Of a stretch of 64,000 bases of DNA, positions 30,033-41,223 are shown in pieces; position 1 is the first letter of the stretch, and each line of letters begins with the position of its first letter. The notes beneath the pieces are model-generated. The model worked only from the letters and a program-made list of their open reading frames with translations, did no database searches and was not told the origin of the DNA. The stretch lies in contig CAWGYD010000003.1 in NCBI GenBank assembly GCA_963826785.1, positions 320,001 through 384,000 on the forward strand, read 5' to 3'. This stretch comes from an uncultured delta proteobacterium. GTDB taxonomy: Bacteria > Desulfobacterota > Desulfobacteria > Desulfobacterales > Desulfosalsimonadaceae. Position numbers and translations under genes: made by a program.

Positions 30033-30974
30033 TTAAAAAGCAGCCTTCCCGTCCTGTCTTCGCCAGTTTTCAAACTGGCTGCAGGAGCGGACGCAGCCGA
30101 GGGTGCAGCGGTCCTGGCACGGTTTGGACGCGTAAAACCGCTCCTTCAAGTGACGCATGGAGAGCCTTTCAAGCGGCATGGACCAGTGCTGGCGGGTCTG
30201 GGAGCACATGGAGACCCGGCCCGTTTCATCCACGTAGATGAAACGGCTTCCGGCCCGGCATTTAAAGGGCGCGGCCCCGTTTCGGGCCAGCCGGCCCCGG
30301 TACCCGGAAAAATCCCGGAAGGTGCGGGGAAGCAAAGAGAGGATATCCGCATGGCGAAAAAGCGCCTCCGGGGAAAGGCTCAGCTGACCCAGGGCCTCGT
30401 GCATCAATCCCACCCGGGCGGCAAACCCCATCTGCTTTGACCAGCACAGGATGGTTTTGAGCTCATGGGGCGGGCATGCACCGGCCACCGCGTTTACGGT
30501 GACGTTGAACCGGCTGTTCGCCCGCAGGATTTCCATGGGTTTTTGCAGGTGATCCAGGACCTTTCGGGTGATTTGATTCCGGCTGACCCCGTCGATGGAG
30601 ACCTGCAATTCCTGGAGTCCGGCGGCATCGAGTTCCCGGACCAGGGAGGGGGTGAAATTGAGGGCGTTTGAAATCATGGACACCCGGAAGAAACCCAGCC
30701 TGCGGCCATATCGAATCAGTTCGCAGAGGTCCGGGTGCAGGGTCGGCTCACCGCCGGTGAGGGTGATGATCCGGGTCCCGAGTGCTTTGAGCCGCTCCAT
30801 CCGCTTTTCGAGAACCCGCGCCGAAACCGGTTCCCCTAAAGGTTCATGCTCGCTGCAGTAGGCGCAGGCCAGATTGCACCGGCGGGTGACCACCAGTTGG
30901 GCCACAAAGGGGGAAAAGCGCAGTTTTTGAATCAAAGACGGCATGTTGAAAAACAGATCTCTCGCCGAAGGCAT
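30033..30974 (-). CDS. Radical SAM protein with Cys-rich C-terminal extension
   Basis: CNLACAYC, TGGEPTL, FKCRAG and CQDRCTLGC. Confidence 0.9.
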   Translation of the reverse strand: MPSARDLFFNMPSLIQKLRFSPFVAQLVVTRRCNLACAYCSEHEPLGEPVSARVLEKRMERLKALGTRIITLTGGEPTLHPDLCELIRYGRRLGFFRVSMISNALNFTPSLVRELDAAGLQELQVSIDGVSRNQITRKVLDHLQKPMEILRANSRFNVTVNAVAGACPPHELKTILCWSKQMGFAARVGLMHEALGQLSLSPEALFRHADILSLLPRTFRDFSGYRGRLARNGAAPFKCRAGSRFIYVDETGRVSMCSQTRQHWSMPLERLSMRHLKERFYASKPCQDRCTLGCVRSCSQFENWRRQDGKAAF

Positions 30975-31061
30975 GAGGCGATTTGGATGTTTTTAAGGGC
31001 TTTGAATTGGCAAACAGATTAAATTAAGTGACTTCATTTTTTTTTGGTATCCGCAGGTCCG

Positions 31062-31572
31062 ACACCCCCCTGACCCCCCTCGAGGGGGGAATAAAAAAAG
31101 GAGTCCTTCCTGGAGACGGGCGGTCGGACACCCCCCTTCGCCCCCCTCAAGGGGGGAATTAATGAAGGGATGCCCCCTCGATCGCTTCTCTATCCCCCCT
31201 CGAGAATACGCTTGTGCGCCCCCATCAAGGGAACACCCCCCCTCACCCCCCTCAAGGGGGGAATAAAAGAGGTCCCCTCTGGAGACGGGCGGTCGGACAC
31301 CCCCCTTCGCCCCCCTCAAGGGGGGAATTATGAAGGGATGCCCCACGATCGCTTCTCTATCCCCCTCGAGAATACGCTTTGCGCCCCCATCAAGGGAACA
31401 CCCCCCTCACCCCTCAAGGGGATAAAGAGGTCCCCTCTGGGACGGGCGGGGACACCCCCTGCCCCCCTCAAGGGAACACCCCCCCTCACCCCCCTCGAGG
31501 GGGGAATAAATGAAGGGAGAGGCGAGAATCCTTTTTTCAATTCCCCCCTTGAGGGGGGCGAAGGGGGGTGTC
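31062..31572. repeat. REP cluster with ~169-bp tandem units
   Basis: GGAGACGGGCGGTCGGACACCCCCC at 31112 and 31281, degenerate third at ~31439. Confidence 0.88.
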
Positions 31573-31637
31573 CCCGCGCCGGTGCCGACAACGGGCAGAA
31601 AGACACCCGCTGTTTCAATCCATACGCAAGAAAAGCT

Positions 31638-32990
31638 TTACTGTGCGTTGAACATGCGCGCCAGGGACGGCAGGTTTTCGCCGTAGGTGGGGTGGATGTG
31701 AACCGCACGCTCCAGCAGCTTCCAGTCGGCATCGGCCTCTATGAGATCGACGAACACGTGCACCAGTTCCCCGGCCTCGTACCCCACCAGGGTCGCCCCC
31801 AGGATCCGGCCGGTGTCCTGGTCGATGACCATCTCGTAGAATCCGAGTTCATCTCCCCACTCGATGGCCCGGGCCATGTCCTTGACCGCCATGGTCGCGG
31901 TTTGAATCCGGAAGCCTTCCTCCACCGCCTGCTCGGCGCTCAGGCCCGCCCGGCCCACCTGGGGTTCGGTAAATACGGCATAGGCGAGCACCCGGTCGTC
32001 CCTGGTGCGCTTCTTTCCGGATATGACGTCCCGCACCCGGCGGTAATCCTCCCAGGCCACGTGGGTGAACGCGGGCTGCCCCGCGGCCTCGCCCATGGCA
32101 TATACCCCGGGGCGGGTGGATTCGAGCTGTGCATCCACCTTGATAAAGCCTTTATCCGTCAACTCGATGCCGGCCCCTTCGGCATTGAGCGCCCCGGTGT
32201 CCGGCCGGCGGCCGGCGGCCACCAGCAGGGCGTCGCCTTCCAGGATTTCGCCATTCTTCAAGTACAGGCGCACGCGCTGTTTTTCCTGTTCGGCCCGGTT
32301 GACGGACTGGTCCAGGTGAAAAATCACCCCGTCCTGTTTGAGGGACTGGTGCAGCACCTCGCTCACCGCCGGGCTTTCGCTTTTTAGAATGCGGTCATTG
32401 ACATCGATGATATGGACTTCGCTTCCCAGCCGCGCCAGTCCCTGCCCCAGCTCGAGGCCGATGTAGCCGCCCCCCAGAACCAGGGTCTTTTCGGGAAGAC
32501 GGGTCAGGCTCCAGAAATTGCGGTCGGTGAGAATATCGACCCCGTCCATGCCCTCTATGGGCGGGACCATGGGAAGACTTCCGGTATCAATCACCGCCAG
32601 CGGCGCTGAAAACGTGCGCCCGCCGCCCTGCACATACCCTTCACCGGTAAAGGCGGCTTCCGCGTCAATGATTTCCATGCCGCTCTTGCGCGCCCGCTTT
32701 TCGGCGGACCGGGAAAAGTCATCCCGGATGCGCCTTGCCCGGTGCATCACCGCCGCAAAGTCGACTTCCACCCGGATAAAAAGCCCCAGCCGGGTGGCTT
32801 TTCGCCCACGGCCCGCCATATGCGCGCTGGCCAGAAAGGCCTTGGACGGGGTGCAGCCCCAATTGGTGCAGCTGCCGCCGAACCGGCTTTTCTCAAACAA
32901 CACCACCTTTTTGCCGCTGCGGGCCAGTTCCGCCCCCAGCGGCACGCCCCCCTGCCCGCTCCCGATGATGACGGCATCGACTTTTTCCAT
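31638..32990 (-). CDS. Pyridine nucleotide-disulfide oxidoreductase (dihydrolipoamide dehydrogenase/MerA-like class I)
   Basis: GSGQGG, GGSCTNWGCTPSK redox disulfide, GGGYIGLE, HIHPT. Confidence 0.9.
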   Translation of the reverse strand: MEKVDAVIIGSGQGGVPLGAELARSGKKVVLFEKSRFGGSCTNWGCTPSKAFLASAHMAGRGRKATRLGLFIRVEVDFAAVMHRARRIRDDFSRSAEKRARKSGMEIIDAEAAFTGEGYVQGGGRTFSAPLAVIDTGSLPMVPPIEGMDGVDILTDRNFWSLTRLPEKTLVLGGGYIGLELGQGLARLGSEVHIIDVNDRILKSESPAVSEVLHQSLKQDGVIFHLDQSVNRAEQEKQRVRLYLKNGEILEGDALLVAAGRRPDTGALNAEGAGIELTDKGFIKVDAQLESTRPGVYAMGEAAGQPAFTHVAWEDYRRVRDVISGKKRTRDDRVLAYAVFTEPQVGRAGLSAEQAVEEGFRIQTATMAVKDMARAIEWGDELGFYEMVIDQDTGRILGATLVGYEAGELVHVFVDLIEADADWKLLERAVHIHPTYGENLPSLARMFNAQ

Positions 32991-33159
32991 GACGGCCCCT
33001 TTTTTTTGACCGGATTTTTGACGTTTTTGATAGCGATGCTTTATTCTTAATAAAATTCAGAAACTTCGAAAATACCGTCTTGACTGCAAAATGGGCGCCC
33101 ATGAACCGTACATTGCGGGGTCGAGTGAATTGACAACCTGTTTACGCTGCGGAGGAACG

Positions 33160-33969
33160 ATGGAAACCGGCGAGCGATTGAGACACCAGGTGGCCCTGAT
33201 TACGGGAGCGGCAAGCGGAATCGGCAAAGGGGTGGCCCTGGCGATGGCCGATGCGGGCGCGGACGTGGTGGTGAATTACATCGGTGATGCCGGACCGGCT
33301 CAAACACTGGTTTCGGAAATCAGGCGCAAGGACCGGCGGGCCATGGCCGTGGAAGCCGATGTCAGCAGCGAGGATCAGGTCCGGAATATGTTTGAAACAG
33401 CCATTGCCGAATTGGGCACCATCGACATCCTGGTGAGCAATGCCGGCATCCAGAAGGATTCGCCCTTTCACGAGATGACGCTCGCCCAGTGGCAGAAGGT
33501 GATCGATGTGAACCTGACCGGCGGCTTCTTGTGCGCGCGGGAAGCGGTGCGGGAATTTCTGCGCCGGGGCGTGGTGCCGGAAAAATCGTCTGCTGCGGGC
33601 AAGATCATCTTCATCAGTTCGGTCCACGAAGTGATCCCCTGGGCCCGCCACGCCAACTATGCCGCTTCCAAGGGCGGCATCGAGCTGCTCATGAAATCTT
33701 TGGCCCAGGAGGCGGCCGAGCACAAGATCCGGGTCAACAGCATCGGCCCCGGGGCCATCCGGACCCCCATCAACCGGTCCGCCTGGGAAACCCCGGAGGC
33801 GATGAAAAAGCTGCTGACGCTCATCCCCTGGGGCCGCATCGGTGAGCCCCCGGACATCGGGGCGGCCGCCGTGTGGCTGGCCTCGGATGAATCGGAATAT
33901 GTCCACGGCACCACCCTGTTTGTCGATGGCGGCATGACGCTCTATCCGGGGTTTGCCACCGGGGGTTGA
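33160..33969 (+). CDS. Glucose 1-dehydrogenase-like SDR
   Basis: TGAASGIG, SSVHEVIPW, YAASK, GAIRTPIN, DGGMTLYP; RBS GGAGG. Confidence 0.9.
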   Translation: METGERLRHQVALITGAASGIGKGVALAMADAGADVVVNYIGDAGPAQTLVSEIRRKDRRAMAVEADVSSEDQVRNMFETAIAELGTIDILVSNAGIQKDSPFHEMTLAQWQKVIDVNLTGGFLCAREAVREFLRRGVVPEKSSAAGKIIFISSVHEVIPWARHANYAASKGGIELLMKSLAQEAAEHKIRVNSIGPGAIRTPINRSAWETPEAMKKLLTLIPWGRIGEPPDIGAAAVWLASDESEYVHGTTLFVDGGMTLYPGFATGG

Positions 33970-34020
33970 CATGTGAGCCGGTCCGCGACACCCCCCGCCC
34001 CCGACGAGGCGGTGCTTAAT

Positions 34021-34432
34021 TATTCGGTGGTTTTTACAGAAAGGGACTTCTGAATTTGCCCGGCCCCGACACCCCCCTTCGCCCCCCTCAAGGAACACCC
34101 CCCTCACCCCCCTCAAGGGGGGATTTTAAGGAAGGGGCCGTCCCCTACTCACTTTTTTCATTCCCCCCTTGAGGGGGGCGAGGGGGGTGTTCCGCTCGAG
34201 GGGGGCCAGGGGGGTGTTCCGCTTGAGGGGGGCCAGGGGTGCACACACACGTGACACGAGGGGCGCTTGATAAACAAAAGTTGCTGATATTTTTTTGCTG
34301 CGCGGTGTTTTTACAGAAAGGGACTTCTGAATTTGCCCGGCCCCCAACACCCCCCTTCGCCCCCCTCAAGGGGGGAATTTAAAGAAGGGGCCGTCCCCGT
34401 TTATTCCCCCCTCCAGGGGGAGCGAAGGGGGA
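34021..34432. repeat. REP cluster with duplicated flanking motif
   Basis: TTTTTACAGAAAGGGACTTCTGAATTTGCCCGGCCCC at ~34031 and ~34308, each followed by a REP. Confidence 0.85.
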
Positions 34433-34563
34433 CTTAAAATCACAATCATTTCAAACTCGCCCCTTTCGAAGCGAACTGGCGTTTTCCGGATAACCATTGA
34501 AATGAGATTCAAGCCCTTTTATTCAAACCATGAGCCAGGTGAAGTTCCATCCAAGCCGCCCCT

Positions 34564-35520
34564 TCAATGGGCCAGCGCACCTCCGCAGGAGGATCCGGCG
34601 CCGGCGGTGCAGCCGAAGCAGTGGTTGCCCACGACCACGTGGCGGCCTTCCAGCTTCCTGCGGTCAAATTCCCGGATGTGATCGGGGGCCCCGTGGTTGA
34701 CGGGCAGGTGCAGGGCGATGTTGAAATCGCAGTCGTAGATGCGGCCGTCATAATCGATGCCGATCTGGTGGCGGCACATCAGCCCTTCCAGGGTGTCGGG
34801 ATTAAAAGACCGGGCCAGTTCCGCCATGTACCGGTCCATGGCACCCTCGGCCGCCAGCAGCCGCCCGAACCGCCCGATGGGCATGTTGGTGATCACCAGC
34901 AGCCGGGTAAACCGGATGCCGAACTGATCTTTCAGCTTCTGCTTGTAATCCTTTTCCAGTGCGGCCTGGCCTGCCGGAAGAAAGGCCCCGCCCGGATTGT
35001 AGACCAGGTTGAGCTGCAGGCCGTTTTCACCGCCGTATCCCAGGGCGTTTAGATGCGTCAGCGCCCGGATGCTTTTTTCATATACCCCCGGCCCCCGCTG
35101 GGCCCGGACATTTTCCTCCTGGTAGCAGGGCATGGACCCGACCAGCCGGACATCATGTTTCCTTAAAAATTCCATGGTCCCTTCCAGGCCGGGCTCCAGG
35201 AGGGCGGCAAGATTGGTGCGCACCTGAACGGGGATGCCGGTTGAACGAAGGGCGCCGACAAAGTACCTGAAATCAGGATGGAGCTCCGGAGACCCGCCGG
35301 TAATATCCACCAGTTCCGCTGTGCTGCCGGAGACGATATTGACCACCGCATCCATAACCGCCGCATCCATTTGCTCGCCCCGCTCCGGGGCACATTCCAG
35401 GTGGCAGTGCCGGCAGGCGAGGTTGCATCGACGGCCGATATTCACCTGAATGTGCCGGATCCGGCCGCAGGTGAGCCCGTCCGGTATATGACATCCGATG
35501 GCTTCCGAAAAATCTGGCAT
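34564..35520 (-). CDS. arsS: Arsenosugar-biosynthesis-type radical SAM protein (ArsS / DUF3641)
   Basis: CNLACRHC, DITGGSPE, LNLVYNP, ITNMPIGRF, YDCDFN, HCFGCTAGAGSSCGG. Confidence 0.88.
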   Translation of the reverse strand: MPDFSEAIGCHIPDGLTCGRIRHIQVNIGRRCNLACRHCHLECAPERGEQMDAAVMDAVVNIVSGSTAELVDITGGSPELHPDFRYFVGALRSTGIPVQVRTNLAALLEPGLEGTMEFLRKHDVRLVGSMPCYQEENVRAQRGPGVYEKSIRALTHLNALGYGGENGLQLNLVYNPGGAFLPAGQAALEKDYKQKLKDQFGIRFTRLLVITNMPIGRFGRLLAAEGAMDRYMAELARSFNPDTLEGLMCRHQIGIDYDGRIYDCDFNIALHLPVNHGAPDHIREFDRRKLEGRHVVVGNHCFGCTAGAGSSCGGALAH

Positions 35521-35827
35521 GATGTTCCTTTCACTGGGTCCTTGAAAAAAATAGATCACTGCGGCAAATCGGCGCCACCGCGTGACAATCTCCTGAAACC
35601 AAAAGGAAAGAATATATCAGTAAATTCTCGCCGCGCCAACCCTAATATCATCGGCGGACCTTTGCCGGGGCGGCGGGTATCGGAAATGATCAGGGCCATA
35701 GAGAAGATTTGTGGATCTCCTTTATGGCCCTGGTTTTTGGAGTATGAAAAGTGAAACGAAATTAACGGCGTCATATGCAGACGCCCCTGTTTTCCAGTCC
35801 ATTACCCCGGGACTGGACTGTCGTTTC

Positions 35828-36160
35828 CTATTGCTGCTGCTGATCGGTGGTGCCGGTCTGATCACTCGGGCTCTGCTGGGTGTCTCCCTGCTGGGTCTGA
35901 TGATCAGCGGCGCCGCCCTCCTTCTGATTTTCACCGCCATAATATCCGCGGGTTCCCTCCTCACCGGGGGTGGTGCCCTGGGTGGACTGGTCCGGCGTGA
36001 CCCCTTCGGTGGACTGGTCCGGGGTAGCGCCCTGCTGGGTTTCAACCCCCTGCTGGTTGTTTTCGCCCCGGTCCGAACACCCCGCAAACGAAATCGCAAA
36101 GACCAGTGTACAGATGGCGATCAGGATGATCCACATATGTTTGAATCTGATTTTTTTCAT
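35828..36160 (-). CDS. Small disordered Gln/Thr-rich lipoprotein
   Basis: Lipobox FAGC; TPDQST repeated; RBS GAGGAGG. Confidence 0.7.
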   Translation of the reverse strand: MKKIRFKHMWIILIAICTLVFAISFAGCSDRGENNQQGVETQQGATPDQSTEGVTPDQSTQGTTPGEEGTRGYYGGENQKEGGAADHQTQQGDTQQSPSDQTGTTDQQQQ

Positions 36161-36692
36161 TTGAATACCGTCCTCCTCTTCTAAAATGGTTGATAAACTG
36201 GGTTCATGCATTTGCCCTGATGGCGGAAAAGATTATGATCCGCTTACCGTAAGAAAAACATTACGGAATCCGGACAAAATAAAAATGGGGGATAGGATTG
36301 ATTTTCACCTGGGAAGAAAGGAATAGGGAGGTGCCGAATCATTAACCCGCCCGGGGAGGATAATCCGGGTTTAGGGGATTTCCCCCATATCCCTGCCGCC
36401 CGACCGGCACTATATCTAATCAACCGGTGTAAAGCAGCTGAATATGAATCATTGAAACGCCCTTCAGGCCGGTTTCCTGGAGGGCGTCTTGCATTCCGGT
36501 ACGGCCCGGTTCCCGACGACACCGGTCTGGCGGTTTACACATTATCCGTATCCGAAATACATCCTTCACCCTATTTTCCTCCTGATAAGTCTCAATTAGA
36601 GTATTTAAGCAAAGCATTTGAAAATCCAGCAAAATGAAGAAGTAATGTTTTTGTCGGCACTTCATCCAGAAATTACGTCTTAAGGCCGTATC

Positions 36693-39663
36693 ATGCCCGA
36701 ACCGAACGTGAGCCGGAGGGACTTTCTCAAAATCATGGGACTGGCCGGGACCCTGACCGCAGCCGGGTGCCAGGACCGGATGAACCATCTCATCCCCTAC
36801 ATCAATCCCTTTGCCGATATTCCCCCGGGCGAAAACACCTGGTTTGCCACCACCTGCAGACAGTGCCCGGCCGGATGCGGCATGCTGGCCAAGAATCTCG
36901 ACGGCAGGGTGATCAAGCTGGAAGGAAATCCGCTCCACCCCGTCAACTCCGGCAGGCTCTGCCCCCGGGGCCAGGCCGCCCTGCACAAGCTCTACAACCC
37001 GGACCGGCATCCGGGGCCGCTGGTCAAAAGCGGGGCCAGATACAAACCGATCTCCTGGCCAAAAGCGGAACAGATGCTGGCCCGGCGCATCAAGGAACTT
37101 TCGGACAGGGGGGAAGGCCACCGGATCGTCATCCTCACGGACCTGGTGAACGGGACCCTGGCCGAGTTCATCGGCTACTTTTTAGACCAGACCGGCGGCG
37201 GGACGCATATCGCCTATGATCCCTATGCCTACGAGGCGCTTCGGACCGCCAATCAGATGGTCTACGGATACGGCCACATCCCCGCATACAACATCGCCGA
37301 GGCCGATTTTCTGATCTCCTTCGGGGCCGGGTTTTTAGAGACCTGGATCTCCAACGTGGAATACGCCCATGCCTTTTCCCGGTTCCACGAACCGGTCGGC
37401 GAAAACAAGAATCTGTTCGTGTGGGTGGGGCCGCGCCATTCGCTGACCGGTGCCAATGCCGACCACCAGGTGGTGGTTCCCCCGGGAAGAGAATACGCGG
37501 TTGCCGCCGGACTGCTCAATTACCTGGCCGAGGCGGATAAACTGCCGGGCGCAAGCCAAAGCGACCGGGACCGGATCAAAACACTGACCGCAGATTTTTC
37601 ACTGGAGGCGGTGGAAAAACACACCGGCGCAGACAAAGCCGGACTGCGGCAAATCGCCGAGGCATTTTCCCGGGCCAAGAAGCCGCTGGTCCTTGCCGGC
37701 GGCCTGCCCGTATCGGACCCCAATGCCCTGGAAACGGCCGTGGCGGCAAATCTTCTGTGCCGGTCCCATTCCGGGACCGAAGGTCTGATCGACTTTTCCC
37801 GGGTGCACGCCGTAAGCCATGCGGCCACAGCCGAGAAGATGAAGGACCTTGCGGAGCGCATGCAGGGCGGCGAGGTGGCACTGCTGATGGTGCATGACGC
37901 CAACCCGGTCTTCACCCTGCCCCAGGCATTTGATTTCGAGGCGGCCCTGGCGAAGGTCCCCATGGTGGTCAGCTTTTCCAGCTGCGCCGACGAGACCACC
38001 CGCCGGGCGAACCTGGTCCTGCCGGCCAGCACCCCTCTTGAAACCTGGATGGATTATGCCCCAAAAACCGGGGTGGTGGGACTGATCCAGCCCACCATGG
38101 GAGCCCTTCATGACACCAAAGACCTGGGCGACATTCTCCTTGCCGCCGGCCGCCGGTGCCGGGGGAAAGACGCTTTTGCCGCCACATCCTTTCTCCAGGT
38201 GATGGAAGCCTCCTGGCGGCAGCTTCACCAGAATGAGGACTCCGATCTTGATTTTGAACGCTTCTGGCTGAGGGTGCGGCAGCAGGGGGGGATCTGGGGG
38301 CCGGCGGAGCAGAATTTTCGCCAAATGGAATCGGCCGGTCTGGGCGATTTTGCGTTTCCGCCCGTGCCCTCCGGTGAACCGGAAGCGCGCGGCCCGTTTT
38401 CGCTTGCGGTCTATCCCACCATCCAGTTCTATGACGGGAGGATGGCCAACCACTCTGTGGATCCAGGAATTTCCGGACCCCCTCACCCAGACCACCTGGG
38501 GGGGATGGGTGGAAATCAGCATAGAGGACGCAAAGGCCTTAAACGCGGTAACCGGCGACATCATCGAAATCCGGTCCCTTAACGGCACCATCACGGCGCC
38601 GGCCATTCCCATCTACACGGTGCCGCCGGGAACCGTGGCCATCCCCATCGGGCAGGGGCACACCCATTACGGCCGATACGCCACGGGCCTTCCCGCCAAT
38701 CCCCTGGCCCTGTATCCGGCTGATATCGATGCCCGGACCGGGGGGTTGAAGGTCGCCGATCTGTACGTAAACCTCCGGAAGCGGGAAGAGACCTTTGAAG
38801 TCGCCCATACCGACGGGCTCTATTTCGACCTGGACCGCATGATCGTCGAGGAAGTCGATTTTAAAACCTATCTGCGGGAAAAGGCCGCCGGGAAAAAACC
38901 GGATGTCGATGCGCCCATGCCTTCTGGCTATCACCGCCATAAGGATATTTATCTGCCCCATACCCACGTGACCTACCGCTGGTGCATGGTGGTGGACCTG
39001 GACCGGTGCATCGGCTGCGGCGCGTGCGTGGTGGCCTGCTATGCGGAGAACAACCTGGCCGTGGTGGGCCGAAAGCAGGTGCTCAAAGGGCGCGAGATGT
39101 CCTGGCTGAGGGTCCAGCGATACTTCAAGGAGGACCAACCCCACAAGGCGCGCTTTCTTCCCATGCTCTGCCAGCACTGCGACAACGCCCCCTGCGAGGC
39201 GGTCTGCCCGGTGTTCGCCCCCCACCACGGCATCGAGGGCTTGAACCTGCAGGTGTACAACCGCTGCATCGGCACCCGGGACTGCTCCCAGAACGATCCC
39301 TACAAGGTCCGGCGGTTCAACTGGCTCTTTTACAAGCTCCCCAAACCCATGGACATGCAGTTAAACCCCCACGTCACCGTCCGGCAGCTGGGGGTGATGG
39401 AAAAATGCTCTTTTTGCGTCCAGCGGATCATCGAAGCCAAGGTCAACGCCCGCAATGAGGGCCGCCTGGTCAGAGACGGTGATTTCACCACCGCCTGCGC
39501 CCAGACCTGCCCCACCGGCGCGTTGATCTTCGGCAGCCTCATGAACCCGGACAGCCGGGTCACCAAACTGATCACGGACGCCCGGGCCTACCAGGTGCTC
39601 AAACACTTAAACACCAAGCCGGCCGTGATCTATCTCAAAAAACTCACCCGGGAGCTGGCCTGA
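36693..39663 (+). CDS. actB: Alternative complex III subunit B (molybdopterin-oxidoreductase fold + four-cluster Fe-S domain), +1 frameshift near 38454
   Basis: Tat motif SRRDFLK; CRQCPAGC; CIGCGAC, CQHCDNAPC, YNRCIGTR, EKCSFC, ACAQTCP. Confidence 0.85.
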
Positions 39664-39665
39664 TC

Positions 39666-41061
39666 ATGATGGATGAACGCCTGACATACGACGACATCAA
39701 CGACAAGGTCATGAACAGCCTGTGGGGGCCCGGCCGCACCTACTACCTGCTGCTGGCCTTCTGCTTCATGGGGACCCTGGTCGGGGCGGGCTGCTGGGCC
39801 TTCCAGCTGCTCATCGGGGTGGGGGCCGCCGGCATGAACCACCCGGTCATGTGGGGGACGTACCTGATCAATTTCGTCTTCTGGATCGAGATCGGCCATG
39901 CCGGTTCATTGATGAGCGCCCTGCTCTACCTGACCCGGGCCACCTGGCGCAGCCCCATCGCCAGAAGCGCCGAGGCCATGACCATCTTCGCGGTGGCCAT
40001 CGCGGGACTGTTTCCCTTCATCCACCTGGGCCGCTCCTGGCTGTTTTACTGGCTGGTCCCCTACCAGAACCGGATGGACATGTGGCCCAATTTCCAGTCG
40101 CCCCTGATCTTCGATTTCTGGGCCGCCGGCGGGTACCTCATCATCAGCGTCCTGTTCTGGTTCACCGGGCTGCTCCCGGACCTGGCCATCGTCCGGGACC
40201 ATGCGCCGGGGCTGCGGAAAAAATTCTACCGCGTTCTTTTCCCTGGGGTGGTCCCACCAGGGGCGCAACTGGCGGCCCTACAAGTCGGCCTACCTGTATC
40301 TCGCGGCCCTGACCACGGCCTTTGTCCCCTGCGTGGCCAGCATCGTGTCCTGGGATTATGCATTGACCATCGTCCCGGGCTACCACAGCACCATCTACGG
40401 CCCCTACTTCCTGGTGGGGGCGGTCCATTCGGGGCTGGCCATGCTCCTGACCCTGCTCATCCCCCTGCGGTCCATCTATGCGTTCCAGGAGATCATCACC
40501 ATCGAGGTCCTGGAAAAAATCGCCCTGGTCCTGGTGTTTACCGCTTTGATGATGGGGTACGACTATATCGTGGAATACTTCATGGCCTGGTATTCGGGCA
40601 ACAATACCGAGTGGATGACCTTTGTGCTGCGTGCCTGGGGAAAGGGCGCCCCCATGTTCTGGTTCGTGGTGATCACCACCATCGTCTGGCCGCTGCTCTT
40701 CATGGTCAAAAAAATCCGGACCAGCACCGTGTGGCTGTTTGTCACCGCCATCGTCATGAACATCGGCATGTGGCTGGAGCGGTTCGTCATCATCATCGGA
40801 CCGCCCTCCCACGGGTACGACCCCTACTCGTGGGGCTCCTTCTGGCCCTCCTGGGTGGAATGGGGGATTCTGTTCGGCTCGTTCAGCTTCTTCTTCCTGC
40901 TGTTTCTCCTCTACAGCAAGCTGATCCCCACCATTTCCATGGCCGAGATCAAGGAGGATCTGAAAGCCCCGGTGCGGGGAGACAGCCGCCGGAATCAGGG
41001 GGGAGACGGACCGCCGGAATCGGGGGGAGACACCCCCCTGCCCCCCTCAAGGGGGGAATGA
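39666..41061 (+). CDS. actC: Alternative complex III subunit C (NrfD/PsrC family), +1 frameshift near 40238
   Basis: WGTYLINFVFWIEIGHAG, RSAEAMT, HLGRSW, PNFQSPL, MWLERFVII. Confidence 0.88.
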
Positions 41062-41135
41062 ATATTTTTTTCTTGACCAATTCCCCCCTTGAGGCCTCTC
41101 ACCAATTCCCCCCTTGAGGGGGGCCAGGGGGGTGT
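41030..41135. repeat. REP-like inverted doublet overlapping the actC 3' end
   Basis: Forward copy 41030-41059, reverse 41105-41135. Confidence 0.82.
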
Positions 41136-41223
41136 GCCGCCGCGGCGAAAATACGCGGCGCCAAGGCAGATGCACGGGCAGGAGATAAACGAAAAACCTG
41201 AACCACGATGAGCGGAATAGACC

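Noticed and set aside
31638..32990. Mercuric reductase merA
   Set aside because: No C-terminal Cys-Cys pair, no NmerA domain, no mer operon.
34564..34620. Selenocysteine in ArsS
   Set aside because: The SSC position is a TGC codon; the TGA follows the normal end.
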